Below are positions 17,590 through 28,693 of a DNA stretch of 64,000 nucleotides, piece after piece. The position numbers and the translations under genes were made by a program. The stretch lies in NCBI GenBank assembly GCA_963825225.1, contig CAWGSN010000038.1, forward strand, positions 313,384 through 377,383. Reading direction: 5' to 3'. The notes below the pieces were generated by a model. The model ran no database searches. It had not been told where the DNA came from and saw only the letters and a list, made by a program, of their open reading frames with translations. Position 1 is the first letter of the stretch. Every line of letters starts with the position of its first letter. The stretch comes from an uncultured Alphaproteobacteria bacterium (GTDB lineage: Bacteria > Pseudomonadota > Alphaproteobacteria > Rhizobiales > Xanthobacteraceae).

Positions 17590-18987
17590 ATGCAAAATAC
17601 AAGTGAAATCCTCGGCGATATCTGGACGTCGGCAGGCGGCGAGGCTGCCGCACTCGATGCGGTGAAGCTGACGGGAGACGAGCCGCAACTGCCGTCGTCG
17701 TTTCGCGTCGCCGTCGCGGCGCAGACCAGTGTCGCCGCGACGGGGCTCGCCGCTGCCGAAATCTGGAAATTGCGCAGCGGCCAATCGCAGGAGGTTGCGG
17801 TCGACATGCGCCATGCCGTGGTCGAGTGCCGCTCAGAGCGTTATCTGCGCGTCGATGGCAAGCCGCCGCCGCCGGCCTGGGACGCGATCGCCGGAGTCTA
17901 CAAGACCCGCGATGGGCGTTTCGTGCGGCTGCACACCAACTTCCGGCATCACCGCGACGCCGTCTGCAAGGTGTTGAACTGCAAGCCGGAGCGCGACGAC
18001 GTCCAGGCCGCGCTGATGCAGTGGGACGCCGAGGCGTTCGAGACCGCGGCCTATGCCGGCGGTTGCGTGGTTTCGATGATGCGGTCGCACGAGGAATGGT
18101 CGGCCACGCCGCATGCCAAGGCGCTCGCTGGATTGCCACTGATCACGATCGAGAAGATCGGCGACGCCGCGCCAAAACCCTGGCCGAAAGGCGAGCGGCC
18201 GCTTGCAGGCTTTCGCGTGCTCGATCTGTCGCGCGTGATCGCGGGTCCGGTCGCCGGCCGCACGCTCGCTGCCCACGGTGCCGACGTGCTTTTGATCTCC
18301 GGCCCCGATTTGCCCGCCGTTCCGTGGGTCACCATCGATACCGGGCGCGGCAAGCTTGCGAGCTTTGTCGAACTCAAGAGCGAGGCGGGCCGCAACGCGT
18401 TGCGCGATCTGCTGGCGCAGGCCGATATCTTCTCGCAAGGCTACCGGCCGCGTGCGATCGCCAGTCTTGGTTTTTCGCCGGAGGACGCCGCCCGCATCAA
18501 TCCCGGCATCGTCTATGTGACGCTGTCGGCCTACGGCCATGTCGGTCCCTGGGCGGAGCGCCGCGGCTTCGACTCGCTGGTGCAGACTTCCACCGGCTTC
18601 AACCATGCCGAAGGGCAGGCGGCCGGCGTCGATGGACCGAAGGAATTGCCGGCGCAGATGCTCGATCACGCCACCGGTTACTTCATGGCGTTCGGCGCCA
18701 TGATGGCGAAAGCGCGCCAGTCGCGCGAAGGCGGCAGCTGGCAAGTGCGCGTGTCGCTGGCGCAGACCGGGCGCTGGCTGTGGAATCTCGGCCGTGTCGC
18801 CGACGGCTTCAGGACCGAGGATTTGAAAGGTGAAACCGTGATGCCCTTCATCGAGGAGGTCGATTCCGGCTTCGGGCCGCTGCGGTCGGTCCGGCACTCG
18901 GCGGTGCTATCGAAAACCCCGGCGTTCTGGGCCCGCCCGGCGATGCCGCTCGGCAGTCATCCGCCGCAATGGCCGGCACGCGAATAG
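17590..18987 (+). CDS. Family III CoA transferase (CaiB/BaiF)
   Basis: PLAGFRVLDLSRVIAGPVAGRTLAAHGADV, ADIFSQGYRP, RRGFDSLVQ. Confidence 0.92.
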   Translation: MQNTSEILGDIWTSAGGEAAALDAVKLTGDEPQLPSSFRVAVAAQTSVAATGLAAAEIWKLRSGQSQEVAVDMRHAVVECRSERYLRVDGKPPPPAWDAIAGVYKTRDGRFVRLHTNFRHHRDAVCKVLNCKPERDDVQAALMQWDAEAFETAAYAGGCVVSMMRSHEEWSATPHAKALAGLPLITIEKIGDAAPKPWPKGERPLAGFRVLDLSRVIAGPVAGRTLAAHGADVLLISGPDLPAVPWVTIDTGRGKLASFVELKSEAGRNALRDLLAQADIFSQGYRPRAIASLGFSPEDAARINPGIVYVTLSAYGHVGPWAERRGFDSLVQTSTGFNHAEGQAAGVDGPKELPAQMLDHATGYFMAFGAMMAKARQSREGGSWQVRVSLAQTGRWLWNLGRVADGFRTEDLKGETVMPFIEEVDSGFGPLRSVRHSAVLSKTPAFWARPAMPLGSHPPQWPARE

Positions 18988-19143
18988 GTATTCATCCGGG
19001 GTTCAGTTCGGCCTCCACAAACTTTAACCTCAAACGCTAAGGCTATCTGCGGTTTTTAGCTTGTCTGAAAACTCAATTGGGCACTATTAGCGCACCGGTG
19101 AGGCCGTCTTCGCCGGAATCATCGCCGACTTGACCCGGGCCGC

Positions 19144-20388
19144 ATGTCTAACGATTTTACCAAGCGATTGCAGACGCTTAGCCGAACGCAAGTAGGCGTG
19201 GCTGCGGCCTTGCTGACGCTGGCCGGCGCGGCCGTTTACGGCTTCGTGCACGTCAGTGGCGCAAAGAGCGGGCATTCCGAAATCTCGAGCCAGTCCCGTA
19301 AGGGATTGCAGCGCTACACGCCGACGCCGGCCGAATGGGCCAGCCTGACCCTCCAACCGGTCGTCGAACGGGCCTTCCGCGCCGAGCACGTCACCGAGGG
19401 CAAGGTCGCGATCGATGAGGATCGCTCGACGCCGGTGTTTTCGCCCTATACCGGCCGGGTCACCAAACTGCTGGTGCGGCCAGGCGATGCCGTCGTCAAG
19501 GGACAGCCGCTGTTTGTGATTGAAGCCGCCGACACGGTGCAGGCGCAGAACGATTACATCGCGGCGATGACCGCCATGAACAAGGCGCAGTCGGCGCTCG
19601 ATCTGGCGCAAATCCAGGACAAGCGCGCCAAGGACCTGTTCGAAGGCAAAGCCGTTCCGCTGAAGGACCATCAGCAAGCCCAGGCGATGCTGATTCAGTC
19701 GCAGAACGATCTGCGTTCCACGCAAACCGCGCTGGAAGCCTCCCAAAACAAGTTGCGAATTCTCGGCTTCAGCGATGCCGACATCACAAGCCTGCAACAA
19801 AAAGGCCGGCTCAATCCGGAAACCACGGTGTTCGCGCCGATCGCGGGCACGGTGGTCCAGCGCAAGGCCGGCCCCGGCCAGTATGTCAGCTCCGGCGCTA
19901 GCGACCCCGTCTATGTCATCGGCGATCTCTCCACGGTCTGGATGACGGCCTTTGTCCGCGAGAGTGATGCCGCCAGCGTCTCGGTTGGTCAGGACGTCAG
20001 CTTCAGCGTGATGGCGCTGCCGGGCCGGCCGCTGTCGGCCCGCATCAATTACGTCGCTACCGCGATCGATCCGGCGACTCGCCGGCTGCTCGTTCGCGCC
20101 ACCATCGACAACAAGGACGGTCGGTTGAAGCCGGAAATGTTTGCCAATGTCACGCTCTATTCGGCCAGCGACCATCCTGCGGTCGGCGTGCCGAAGCAGG
20201 CGCTGATCTACGAGGGCGACCAGGTCCGGGTCTGGGTCGCTCATGAGGACAAGTCGATCGAACTGCGTCAGATCAAACCCGGCCTCACCAATGGCGATCT
20301 CGTCGAGGTGATCGGCAATTTGAAGCCCGGAGAGCAGATCGTTACAAAGGGCAGCTTGTTCATCGACCGGGCTGCATCCGGCACGTAA
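19144..20388 (+). CDS. RND efflux periplasmic adaptor (CusB/CzcB-like)
   Basis: N-terminal TM, GDAVVKGQPL lipoyl half, APIAGTVV, IDPATRR, LKPEMFA. Confidence 0.9.
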   Translation: MSNDFTKRLQTLSRTQVGVAAALLTLAGAAVYGFVHVSGAKSGHSEISSQSRKGLQRYTPTPAEWASLTLQPVVERAFRAEHVTEGKVAIDEDRSTPVFSPYTGRVTKLLVRPGDAVVKGQPLFVIEAADTVQAQNDYIAAMTAMNKAQSALDLAQIQDKRAKDLFEGKAVPLKDHQQAQAMLIQSQNDLRSTQTALEASQNKLRILGFSDADITSLQQKGRLNPETTVFAPIAGTVVQRKAGPGQYVSSGASDPVYVIGDLSTVWMTAFVRESDAASVSVGQDVSFSVMALPGRPLSARINYVATAIDPATRRLLVRATIDNKDGRLKPEMFANVTLYSASDHPAVGVPKQALIYEGDQVRVWVAHEDKSIELRQIKPGLTNGDLVEVIGNLKPGEQIVTKGSLFIDRAASGT

Positions 20389-20417
20389 CCCCACAGCCCT
20401 GGAAAGCCCCGATCTTA

Positions 20418-23400
20418 ATGGATCGTCTCGTCGCCATTGCCGTCAGCCGCCGCTATTTGATGGTGGCCATATTTGTCGCCGTATTCGTCGGCGGCCTGAT
20501 CGCGTTCGCGCAGCTCAATATCGAGGCCTATCCCGACCCGACCCCGCCGATGGTCGACATCGTGACGCAAAGTCCGGGGCTGTCGTCGGAGGAGATCGAG
20601 CGCTACATCACCATCCCGATCGAGACCCAGGTCGCGGGCATCAAGAATTTGCGCACCATCCGCACCATCTCGCTGTACGGATTGTCCGACGTCAAACTGC
20701 AGTTTTCGTTCGACTACACCTATGATGAGGCGTTGCAGCAGGTATTGAACCGGCTGTCGCAGCTCGCGCCCCTGCCGGGAAATGTGCTGCCGGGTATCTC
20801 GCCGCTCAGCCCGATCGGCGAAATCTATCGCTACCGGTTGAAGGGGCCGCCGAACTACAGCGTGCTCGACCTCAAGACGCTGCAGGACTGGGTGTTGCAA
20901 CGCCGCTTTCGCGCCGTGCCCGGCGTGATCGACGTCACCGGCTGGGGCGGCAAGACCAAGACCTATGAGTTGCAGGTCGACTTCAACAAGCTGGTCGCCA
21001 ACGGGCTAACGCTGCCGCAGGTGCTGCAGGCCGTCAGCAATTCCAACATCAATGTCGGCGGCAACACCGTCAATATCGGCGCGCAATCCGCCGTGGTGCG
21101 CGGCGTCGGATTGATCCGGTCGATCGACGACCTCAACAACACCATGGTATCCCAATCAGGCGGCAATCCGGTGCTGGTCAGGGACATTGCCTCCGTGACG
21201 GTCGGCGAGAAGCCGCGGCTTGGCATTGCCGGAATCGATCAGGACGACGACATTGTGCAGGGCATCGTGCTGATGCGGCGTGGCGAAAAGAGTTCGCCGA
21301 CGATTGCACGCGTCGAGCAGCTTGTTGCGACTATCAACGAGTCCACCATCCTGCCGCCAGGCGTGCGCATCGAGCGCATCTACGACCGCAAGGACCTGAT
21401 CGATCTCACCACCCACACTGTTCTCCACAACATGGTGCTCGGGATCCTCCTGATCGTCCTGCTGCAATGGATATTCCTCGGCGATTTGCGCAGCGCGCTG
21501 ATCGTCGGCGCCACGATTCCGTTCGCGCTGTTCTTCGCCGTGATCATCCTGGTGCTGCGCGGCGAGTCCGCCAATCTGCTGTCTGTCGGCGCGATCGATT
21601 TCGGGTTGATCGTCGACGCCACCGTGATCATGGTGGAAGCGATCTTCCGAAGGCTGTCGCAAACCACTGCGCTGTCGGAAGCCGAGCGCAGCCACATCTC
21701 CTTCGAAACCGCGATGGGGATGAAGAGCCACGCCATCCTCTCGGCTGCCGCCGACGTGTCGCGCTCGATCTTCTTTGCCGCCGCCATCATCATCGCGGCC
21801 TTCCTGCCGCTGTTCACGTTGAGCGGCGTCGAAGGCAACATCTTCGGGCCGATGGCGCGGACCTATGCTTATGCGTTGGCGGGCGGATTGCTGGCGACCT
21901 TTACCATTACGCCCGCATTGAGCGCGATCATTCTACCCTCGCATATGGATGAAGCCGAAACCTGGGTCGTGCGGCAGCTCGACCGCCTTTATGTGCCGGT
22001 GCTCAACTGGGCGATTGCGAACCGCAGGATCGTAATGGCCGGCGCCGCGATGCTTGTGGTCATGACCATCGTGTTCGCGCGGCTGTTGGGCCTGGAATTC
22101 CTGCCCAAGCTCGAAGAGGGGAATTTGTGGATTCGCGCCACGCTACCGCCGACCATATCGCTGCAGGAAGGCAATGCCTATGTCAACGAAATGCGGAAGG
22201 TGATCCGAAGCCGCCCCGAAGTGGAAGCGGTGGTGTCGCAGCACGGGCGCCCGGATGACGGCACCGACGCTGCTGGCCTGTTCAATGCCGAATTTTTCGC
22301 ACCCTTGAAGCCGGCCAAGGAATGGCCGGGCACCCATGACAAGGAAGAACTGACCGCGCAACTGCTGGCGCAATTGCAGGACAAGTTCCCCGGCGTCGAA
22401 TTCAACTTCTCGCAATATCTGCAGGACAACGTCTCGGAGGCCGTCTCGGGCGTCAAGGGCGAGAACTCGATCAAACTATATGGTAACGATCTGCAGGCGG
22501 TGTCCGACACCGCCAACAAGATCAAATCGGTTCTGTCGACAGTCCAGGGCATCACGGATCTGGCGGTGTTCACCTCGCTCGGCCAGCCGACCATCCAGAT
22601 CGATATCGATCGCGCGCGGGCGGCGCGCTACGGACTGTCGCCCGGCGATATCAACGCCACCATCAAGGTCGCGGTTGGTGGCGACAGCGCCGGCGACCTC
22701 TATGAACCCGGCAGCGACCGGCATTTCCCGATCATCGTTCGCCTGGCGCCGGAATACCGCAAGAGCGCGGAGGCGATTCAAAATTTACGGATCGGCGTCG
22801 CAGGCCAGGGTGGCGCGATCACGCAGATCCCGCTCAGCGAGGTCGCCTCGATCAATTTGATCTCGGGTGCCGCCTATATCTACCGCGAGCAGCAGGAACG
22901 CTATCTGCCGATCAAGTTCTCGGTCCGCGAGCGCGATCTCGGCAGCGCGATCCAGGAAGCGCAGGACAAGATTGCCACGCAGGTGCAGCTTCCGCCGGGA
23001 TCGCGGGTCGAGTGGGTCGGCGAATTCGGCAATCTCCAAGACGCCATCAAGCGGCTGTCGATCGTGGTGCCGATCAGCCTCGCGCTGATCGCGGTATTGC
23101 TGTTTCTCAATTTCGGTTCGATGGTCGATACGTTATTGGCCATGACTGTGATCCCGATGGCGATCTTCGGCGGCGTGCTCGGGCTTCTGATCTCGGGGAT
23201 TCCCTTCAGCGTGTCGGCGGCGATCGGCTTCATCGCGCTGTTCGGCATCGCGGTCATGGACGGCATCATCATCCTGTCGCAGTACAATCAATTGATCGAC
23301 GAAGGCTTTGAGCGGATGCGGGCCGTGATCCGCACCGGCGAGTTGCAATTGCGGCCAGTGCTGATGACCTGCGTTGTGGCCGGCGTCGGGTTGTTGCCGG

Positions 23401-23540
23401 CAGCGCTGTCGGAGGGGATCGGATCGCAGGTGCAGAAGCCGCTCGCCGTGGTGGTCGTTACCGGCATGATGCTGGCGCCGCTGGTGATCCTGGTGACGCT
23501 GCCGGTCCTGATCTCGGTGTTCTCGCGCCGGGGGCGCTAA
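20418..23540 (+). CDS. CusA/CzcA family HME-RND efflux permease
   Basis: 1040 aa; IEAYPD, ANLLSVGAIDFGLIVD, EFLPKLEEG, LRPVLMT, QKPLAVVV. Confidence 0.92.
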   Translation: MDRLVAIAVSRRYLMVAIFVAVFVGGLIAFAQLNIEAYPDPTPPMVDIVTQSPGLSSEEIERYITIPIETQVAGIKNLRTIRTISLYGLSDVKLQFSFDYTYDEALQQVLNRLSQLAPLPGNVLPGISPLSPIGEIYRYRLKGPPNYSVLDLKTLQDWVLQRRFRAVPGVIDVTGWGGKTKTYELQVDFNKLVANGLTLPQVLQAVSNSNINVGGNTVNIGAQSAVVRGVGLIRSIDDLNNTMVSQSGGNPVLVRDIASVTVGEKPRLGIAGIDQDDDIVQGIVLMRRGEKSSPTIARVEQLVATINESTILPPGVRIERIYDRKDLIDLTTHTVLHNMVLGILLIVLLQWIFLGDLRSALIVGATIPFALFFAVIILVLRGESANLLSVGAIDFGLIVDATVIMVEAIFRRLSQTTALSEAERSHISFETAMGMKSHAILSAAADVSRSIFFAAAIIIAAFLPLFTLSGVEGNIFGPMARTYAYALAGGLLATFTITPALSAIILPSHMDEAETWVVRQLDRLYVPVLNWAIANRRIVMAGAAMLVVMTIVFARLLGLEFLPKLEEGNLWIRATLPPTISLQEGNAYVNEMRKVIRSRPEVEAVVSQHGRPDDGTDAAGLFNAEFFAPLKPAKEWPGTHDKEELTAQLLAQLQDKFPGVEFNFSQYLQDNVSEAVSGVKGENSIKLYGNDLQAVSDTANKIKSVLSTVQGITDLAVFTSLGQPTIQIDIDRARAARYGLSPGDINATIKVAVGGDSAGDLYEPGSDRHFPIIVRLAPEYRKSAEAIQNLRIGVAGQGGAITQIPLSEVASINLISGAAYIYREQQERYLPIKFSVRERDLGSAIQEAQDKIATQVQLPPGSRVEWVGEFGNLQDAIKRLSIVVPISLALIAVLLFLNFGSMVDTLLAMTVIPMAIFGGVLGLLISGIPFSVSAAIGFIALFGIAVMDGIIILSQYNQLIDEGFERMRAVIRTGELQLRPVLMTCVVAGVGLLPAALSEGIGSQVQKPLAVVVVTGMMLAPLVILVTLPVLISVFSRRGR

Positions 23541-23705
23541 AATCCATACAGAAGCGCCGGATTGTCGACCAGAATCTTCTTGCGGATCGCGGCGTCCGGC
23601 GCCCACGCCGGGAGCTGATTGAGCAGCCGTCCGTCGTCGATCTGGAACAGCGGCGTCACGTCGCTGATCTGTTTGCCCGGCGGCGTCACCGAATCCGGAT
23701 GCGGC
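23537..23705 (-). pseudogene. 3' remnant of an amidohydrolase (Amidohydro_2, LigI-like) gene
   Basis: PHPDSVTPPG...DDGRLLNQLPAWAPDAAIRKKILVDNPALLYGF* is a typical amidohydrolase C-terminus; no own start or N-terminal part. Confidence 0.7.
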
Positions 23706-24138
23706 CGGCGCCAAAGGAATGGCCGACGATGATGGCGGGCGCGGCCTTCACATGGATGAGCACATCGTTGACGCGCGCGGCCTGGTCTTGCCGCGTATAG
23801 CTGCCCGGGCGATCGGAGAGGCCAAACGGCGGCAGGTCGAGGGCGATGACGTGAAAGCCGGCATCGGCCAGCACGGGCGTCGTGTGCCGCCATAGCTCGC
23901 TCCACGCCGCCGTGCCGTGAAACAGCACAACCGGAATCCCGTTCGCCGGGCCTCGCTCCTGCACGAACACGCCGCCGGAATTTGTCGGCACCAGATGGCC
24001 CCATGACGGCGCCAGCTCGGCGCGTGTGCGGGTTTCGCGGATCGATGCGGCCATGCGGAATGCGACGATCACCAGAACGAGCAACAGCAGGAACGCCAAC
24101 AAGGTCTTGCCCGACCAGCGCAGAATGGTTGAGATCAC
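23686..24138 (-). pseudogene. Truncated alpha/beta hydrolase (5' half only)
   Basis: N-terminal TM, LFHGTAAW, IALDLPPFGLS, IIVGHSFG nucleophile elbow, then a stop 7 residues later; catalytic acid and His are missing. Confidence 0.75.
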
Positions 24139-24268
24139 ACGGCCTCGCAGAATGAATCTATGAAAATAGGGAGCCAAACCGGATCGGTCTTAAGCTAATG
24201 CAGAAGCATCGCGACGAGAAATGCCGGTCATGATCATCGCGCGGTTAATAACCGCAAAAAACTGCGTA

Positions 24269-25687
24269 TTACTGCCCCGACGGGGTGCGCAGGCCGTGCC
24301 AGGCGTCTCGCACCTGATGGTAATGCACTTCCGGCAGATAGTCCGGCGTATTGAGCGCTAGCGTCTTGACGTCAAGCCGGCCGATGGCGCTCAGCAAAGT
24401 ATAGGAGGCGATCACACGGTCGCGCTGCGCGCCGATCAGCCGCGCCTTGGCCAAAATCAGATCCTGCTGCGAGTTCAAGACGTCGACCGTGGTGCGCTGG
24501 CCGCCGGCCGCTTCCTTCTGCACCCCAGCCAGGGCAACCGTCGCTGCGCGCACTTCGGATTCGGAAGCCGTCACTGCGATCTTGGCGCCTTCATTGGCGA
24601 CCCAGGCGCCGATCGCCGCGGTGCGGGCCTGATTACGGACCTGGTCGAGCACGAGCCGGCTTTGCGAGGCGATTTCCTTGGCATGCCGGGTCTGCGAGGC
24701 GGCCGTACCGCCGTCGTAAATCGGCTGCGTGAGCTGGCCGGTCACTGACGCCTGGTCGGTTCCGAAGGTGCTGAGCGTGGGGTCCGAATCCCTGCTGCGG
24801 CTGGCGCTGCCTTGCAGTGTGATGGTCGGCATCAGGCTGCTTTCGGCGACGCGAATGCTGGTCGAGGCGACGTCGACGTCGAAGCTTGCCGCCATCACCG
24901 CCGGATGCTCCCGGAACGCCATCCCGGTGGCGTCATCGCGGCTGCGCGGCAGATAGCGGTCCACGGTTTCGGCAGGGCTCAATAGCGCGGGCGGGTTGCC
25001 GACCACCTGGGTATAGGTCGCCTGGCTGATGGCGAGCGCGACCTCGGCGGCGTTGAGGTCGGCAAGCCCGCGGTTGAGGCGCGCCTCTGCCTGCGCGGTA
25101 TCGGTCGGCGTGACGTCGCCGGCGTTGAGGCGCTTCTGGGTGATGCCAAGGGTTTCGCGCAAGAACGCGACATTGGCGCGTTGCGCGGTGACCAGCGATT
25201 GGTTGGCCAGTACGTTGGTGTAGGCGGTAACCGCGTCGAGCAGCACGCCCTGGCCGACATTGCGCAGTGCCTCGCGGCCAGACTGCACCTGCAATTCCGC
25301 CACGCGCACGCTGTTGGCGGTCTTGAAACCGTTGAACAACGTCTGGGTCACCGTCACCCCGATGGTCCAGGGTTTTAAGGTCGCCGACTGGATGGTGTTG
25401 TCGGGCAGGAGGTTGCGGACCGCCTGCAGGCCGGCGGAGAGGCTAGCGACGATCTGTGGGCGGTAACCGGCGAGGGCCTGCGGCACGTTCTCGTCGGTGG
25501 CACGCTGGCGCGCCCGTTCGGCATTGAGCTGCGGATTGGTCTGGTAGGCCTTGGCCAGGGCGTCCGGGAGGTTCTCGGCCCGGGCGTTGGCGGGGGCAAA
25601 AACCGCACAAGCAGCCACGCCAAGGCAGATGCCCGATCGAAGCACGCGCCTTCCAACGTGGCCAACCCTCGCGGCACGCCTAACCAT
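24269..25687 (-). CDS. TolC family outer membrane protein
   Basis: Signal peptide, ALAKAYQTNPQL, QTLFNG, QPIYDGG, GQRTTVDVLNSQQ. Confidence 0.9.
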   Translation of the reverse strand: MVRRAARVGHVGRRVLRSGICLGVAACAVFAPANARAENLPDALAKAYQTNPQLNAERARQRATDENVPQALAGYRPQIVASLSAGLQAVRNLLPDNTIQSATLKPWTIGVTVTQTLFNGFKTANSVRVAELQVQSGREALRNVGQGVLLDAVTAYTNVLANQSLVTAQRANVAFLRETLGITQKRLNAGDVTPTDTAQAEARLNRGLADLNAAEVALAISQATYTQVVGNPPALLSPAETVDRYLPRSRDDATGMAFREHPAVMAASFDVDVASTSIRVAESSLMPTITLQGSASRSRDSDPTLSTFGTDQASVTGQLTQPIYDGGTAASQTRHAKEIASQSRLVLDQVRNQARTAAIGAWVANEGAKIAVTASESEVRAATVALAGVQKEAAGGQRTTVDVLNSQQDLILAKARLIGAQRDRVIASYTLLSAIGRLDVKTLALNTPDYLPEVHYHQVRDAWHGLRTPSGQ

Positions 25688-25928
25688 TTGATCCCGTAAC
25701 CAACCCCGGGCCGTCCGCCCCCGCCGACGGCCTCAACACATCTACCTGTTTAGGGGGCGGCGCCGCCACAGGCAAACGGCGGCGCGACATCACTACAGGA
25801 ATTCGGTGTTTGGCTGTTGCCGGTTCGTCACAGACGAAGTTCGCCGGCAAATGGGTTATAGCTCGCGGGCGGCCCGCGTCCAATTCCAGGGCGGTTGGCT
25901 GCCCTATTATGCCCGGGTCCGCATTTCG

Positions 25929-27791
25929 ATGCCCAAACTGTTTTCCGACCCCGAAGCGATCGCGGAAGACATTATTCGCGATATCGGAACCGACCTCAGG
26001 GTCGGGTTGCCGCTGGGGCTCGGCAAGGCCAACCACATCGTCAATGCGCTCTATGCGCGTGCGGTCGCCGACCGCTCGATCAGTCTCAGATTTTTTTCCG
26101 CGCTTACGCTGGAGAAACCGAAGCCGGGAAACCCGCTTGAACGGCGCTTCATCGGGCCGGTGATCGACCGGCTGTTCGGCGGCTATCCCGATTTGACCTA
26201 TGCCGGCGCGTTGCATGCGGGCGCGCTGCCGCCGAACATTGAGGTGATCGAGTTCTTCTTCCTGGCCGGAAAATGGCTGCATGAGCCGTTCGCGCAGCAG
26301 CACTATATCTCCGCGAACTATACCCATGCCGCGTCCTATCTGCTGGCACGCGGGCTCAATGTCGTCACCCAATTGGTGGCAAGGCGCGTGGTGAAAGGCG
26401 TCGCGCGTTATAGTCTCAGCTGCAACACCGACACCACCCTGGATATTTTGCGCGCCCGCGCCGAAGGCCGCGCCGTGTTCAGGTTAGTTGGCCAGGTCAA
26501 TTCCGAACTGCCATTCATGACCGGCGCCGGTGACCTTTCGGGTGAAGAATTCAGCGCGGTGCTGGACAGCCCCGAGACGGATTTTCCGCTGTTCGCGCCG
26601 CCGGCCGAGCCGATCAGCGACACCAAATACGCGATCGGGCTGCATGCCGCGGGCCTCGTGCCCGACGGCGGCACGCTGCAGATCGGGATCGGGCAGGTGG
26701 GCGACGCGCTGGCGCAGGGCCTGATCGTTCGTCACCGTGACAACGCGCAATTCCACGCCATCATGCAGCGGTTGACGCCGGGACCTGAACGGCGCGCGGC
26801 GCTGCAAACCGGACCGTTCGACAAGGGCCTCTACGGCGTCAGCGAAATGCTGTTCGAGGCGTTCCTTGGCCTGATCGATGCCGGCATTCTCAAGCGCGAA
26901 GTCGACGGCGTGATGCTGCACGGCGCGTTTTTCCTGGGACCGAAATCGTTTTACCGCGCGCTGCGCGAGATGCTGCCGGAGCAGATCGCCCGCATACAGA
27001 TGATGCCGGTGTCTTTCACGAATGAGCTTTACGGCGATGAGGCTTCAAAGCGCCGCGCCCGCGTCGATGCCCGCTTCGTCAACAACGCGATGATGGCAAC
27101 ATTGATGGGCGCTGCAGTATCCGACGGCCTGGAAAACGGCCAGGTCGTGAGCGGCGTCGGCGGCCAGTATAATTTCGTGGCGCAGGCCTTCGCGCTACAG
27201 GGCGCGCGATCGATCCTCGCGCTGGAAGCGACGCGCCTGGCCGGCACAAAGGCGCAATCCAACATCCGCTGGAACTACGGCCATGAGACCATTCCGCGGC
27301 ATCTGCGTGACGTCTTCGTCACCGAATATGGCGTGGCCGACGTGAGAGGAAAATCCGATACCGAAACGATTGCAGCGATGCTTGCCGTAAGCAACTCGCG
27401 CTTCCAGGCAGAGTTGGCGAGGATCGCCAAGGATGCAGGAAAACTGCCGAAGGATTTTCAAATTCCGCTCGCGCATCGCGAGAATTTTCCGGAGCGGGTC
27501 GCGGCTGCCATAAAACCCGCGCGCGAGGCCGGCCTGCTGCCGTCGTTCCCGTTCGGCAGCGATTTTACCGAAACCGAACAGCGGCTGATCCCGGCCTTGC
27601 AGGTGCTTCAGGAGGCGCAGCGCACACCGCTGCGGTTGCCTGGCTTGCTGTGGGAAGGGTTCACTCGCCAGCCAGACGCCGCCGACGACGAATGCCTTGC
27701 GCGGCTCGACCTCGATCGTCCCGCGACGTTGGCCGAACGCGCCTATCGCGCGCTGGTCAGTGCGGCGCTGGCGCGGAGCAGGGCGGGCTAA
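25929..27791 (+). CDS. Acetyl-CoA hydrolase/transferase family protein
   Basis: DGGTLQIGIG, SGVGGQYNF, VTEYGVADVRGK; ATG 25929. Confidence 0.88.
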   Translation: MPKLFSDPEAIAEDIIRDIGTDLRVGLPLGLGKANHIVNALYARAVADRSISLRFFSALTLEKPKPGNPLERRFIGPVIDRLFGGYPDLTYAGALHAGALPPNIEVIEFFFLAGKWLHEPFAQQHYISANYTHAASYLLARGLNVVTQLVARRVVKGVARYSLSCNTDTTLDILRARAEGRAVFRLVGQVNSELPFMTGAGDLSGEEFSAVLDSPETDFPLFAPPAEPISDTKYAIGLHAAGLVPDGGTLQIGIGQVGDALAQGLIVRHRDNAQFHAIMQRLTPGPERRAALQTGPFDKGLYGVSEMLFEAFLGLIDAGILKREVDGVMLHGAFFLGPKSFYRALREMLPEQIARIQMMPVSFTNELYGDEASKRRARVDARFVNNAMMATLMGAAVSDGLENGQVVSGVGGQYNFVAQAFALQGARSILALEATRLAGTKAQSNIRWNYGHETIPRHLRDVFVTEYGVADVRGKSDTETIAAMLAVSNSRFQAELARIAKDAGKLPKDFQIPLAHRENFPERVAAAIKPAREAGLLPSFPFGSDFTETEQRLIPALQVLQEAQRTPLRLPGLLWEGFTRQPDAADDECLARLDLDRPATLAERAYRALVSAALARSRAG

Positions 27792-27799
27792 ATGCCACG

Positions 27800-28579
27800 C
27801 TACCAATTCTTGTTCACCGGCTTGCGCTTCTCGATGAACGCCGCCATGCCTTCGGAGCGGTCTTCCAGCGCGAACGTCGAGTGGAACAGGTTGCGCTCGA
27901 CGTTCATGCCCTCCGACAGCGGCGTCTCGAATGCCCGGTTGATGGCTTCCTTGGCCATCGCCGCCGCGGGACGCGACATCGAGGCGATCTTTTCCGCCGC
28001 CGCCAGCGCCTCTTCCATCAATTTATCCACCGGCACGACGCGGCTGACGAGGCCAGAGCGCTCGGCCTCCGCGGCATCCATCATCCGTCCTGTGAGACAG
28101 AGATCCATCGCCTTGGATTTGCCAACCGCGCGGGTCAGCCGCTGGGTTCCGCCGATGCCCGGGATGGTGCCGAGGGTGATTTCAGGCTGACCGAATTTCG
28201 CGGTGTCGGACGCGATGATGATGTCGCACATCATCGCGAGTTCGCAGCCGCCGCCGAGCGCATAGCCGCTGACTGCCGCGATCGTGGGCTTGCGGCAGGT
28301 GGCGACGCGGTCGCCGCCTATGGCGGCGAAATCGCTGGAGAACATGTCGATGAAGGTTTTTGGCTGCATCTCCTTGATGTCGGCGCCGGCCGCAAAAGCC
28401 TTTTCGCTACCGGTAATCAGGATGCATCCGATCTTGTCGTCGGCCTCGAGGTCATCAACGGCGGCGGCGATCTCGCGAAACACGCCGAACGACAGCGCAT
28501 TGAGCATTTTTGGGCGGTTCAGCGTGATGATGCCGACCGCGCCTTTGCTTTCGACAATGATGTTTTCGAACGTAGCCAT
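27800..28579 (-). CDS. Enoyl-CoA hydratase
   Basis: [35 protein letters not shown]. Confidence 0.95.
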   Translation of the reverse strand: MATFENIIVESKGAVGIITLNRPKMLNALSFGVFREIAAAVDDLEADDKIGCILITGSEKAFAAGADIKEMQPKTFIDMFSSDFAAIGGDRVATCRKPTIAAVSGYALGGGCELAMMCDIIIASDTAKFGQPEITLGTIPGIGGTQRLTRAVGKSKAMDLCLTGRMMDAAEAERSGLVSRVVPVDKLMEEALAAAEKIASMSRPAAAMAKEAINRAFETPLSEGMNVERNLFHSTFALEDRSEGMAAFIEKRKPVNKNW

Positions 28580-28693
28580 GATCCACCCCGGCGCCTGATC
28601 TGGCGGGCAATGTGCCCGCTGGCGGGATGGGCTTCAAGAGGCTGGGGAGGAAGGCGGCCCGGACGCAACTACCAGTGTCCGGTGCCCGGGTAT

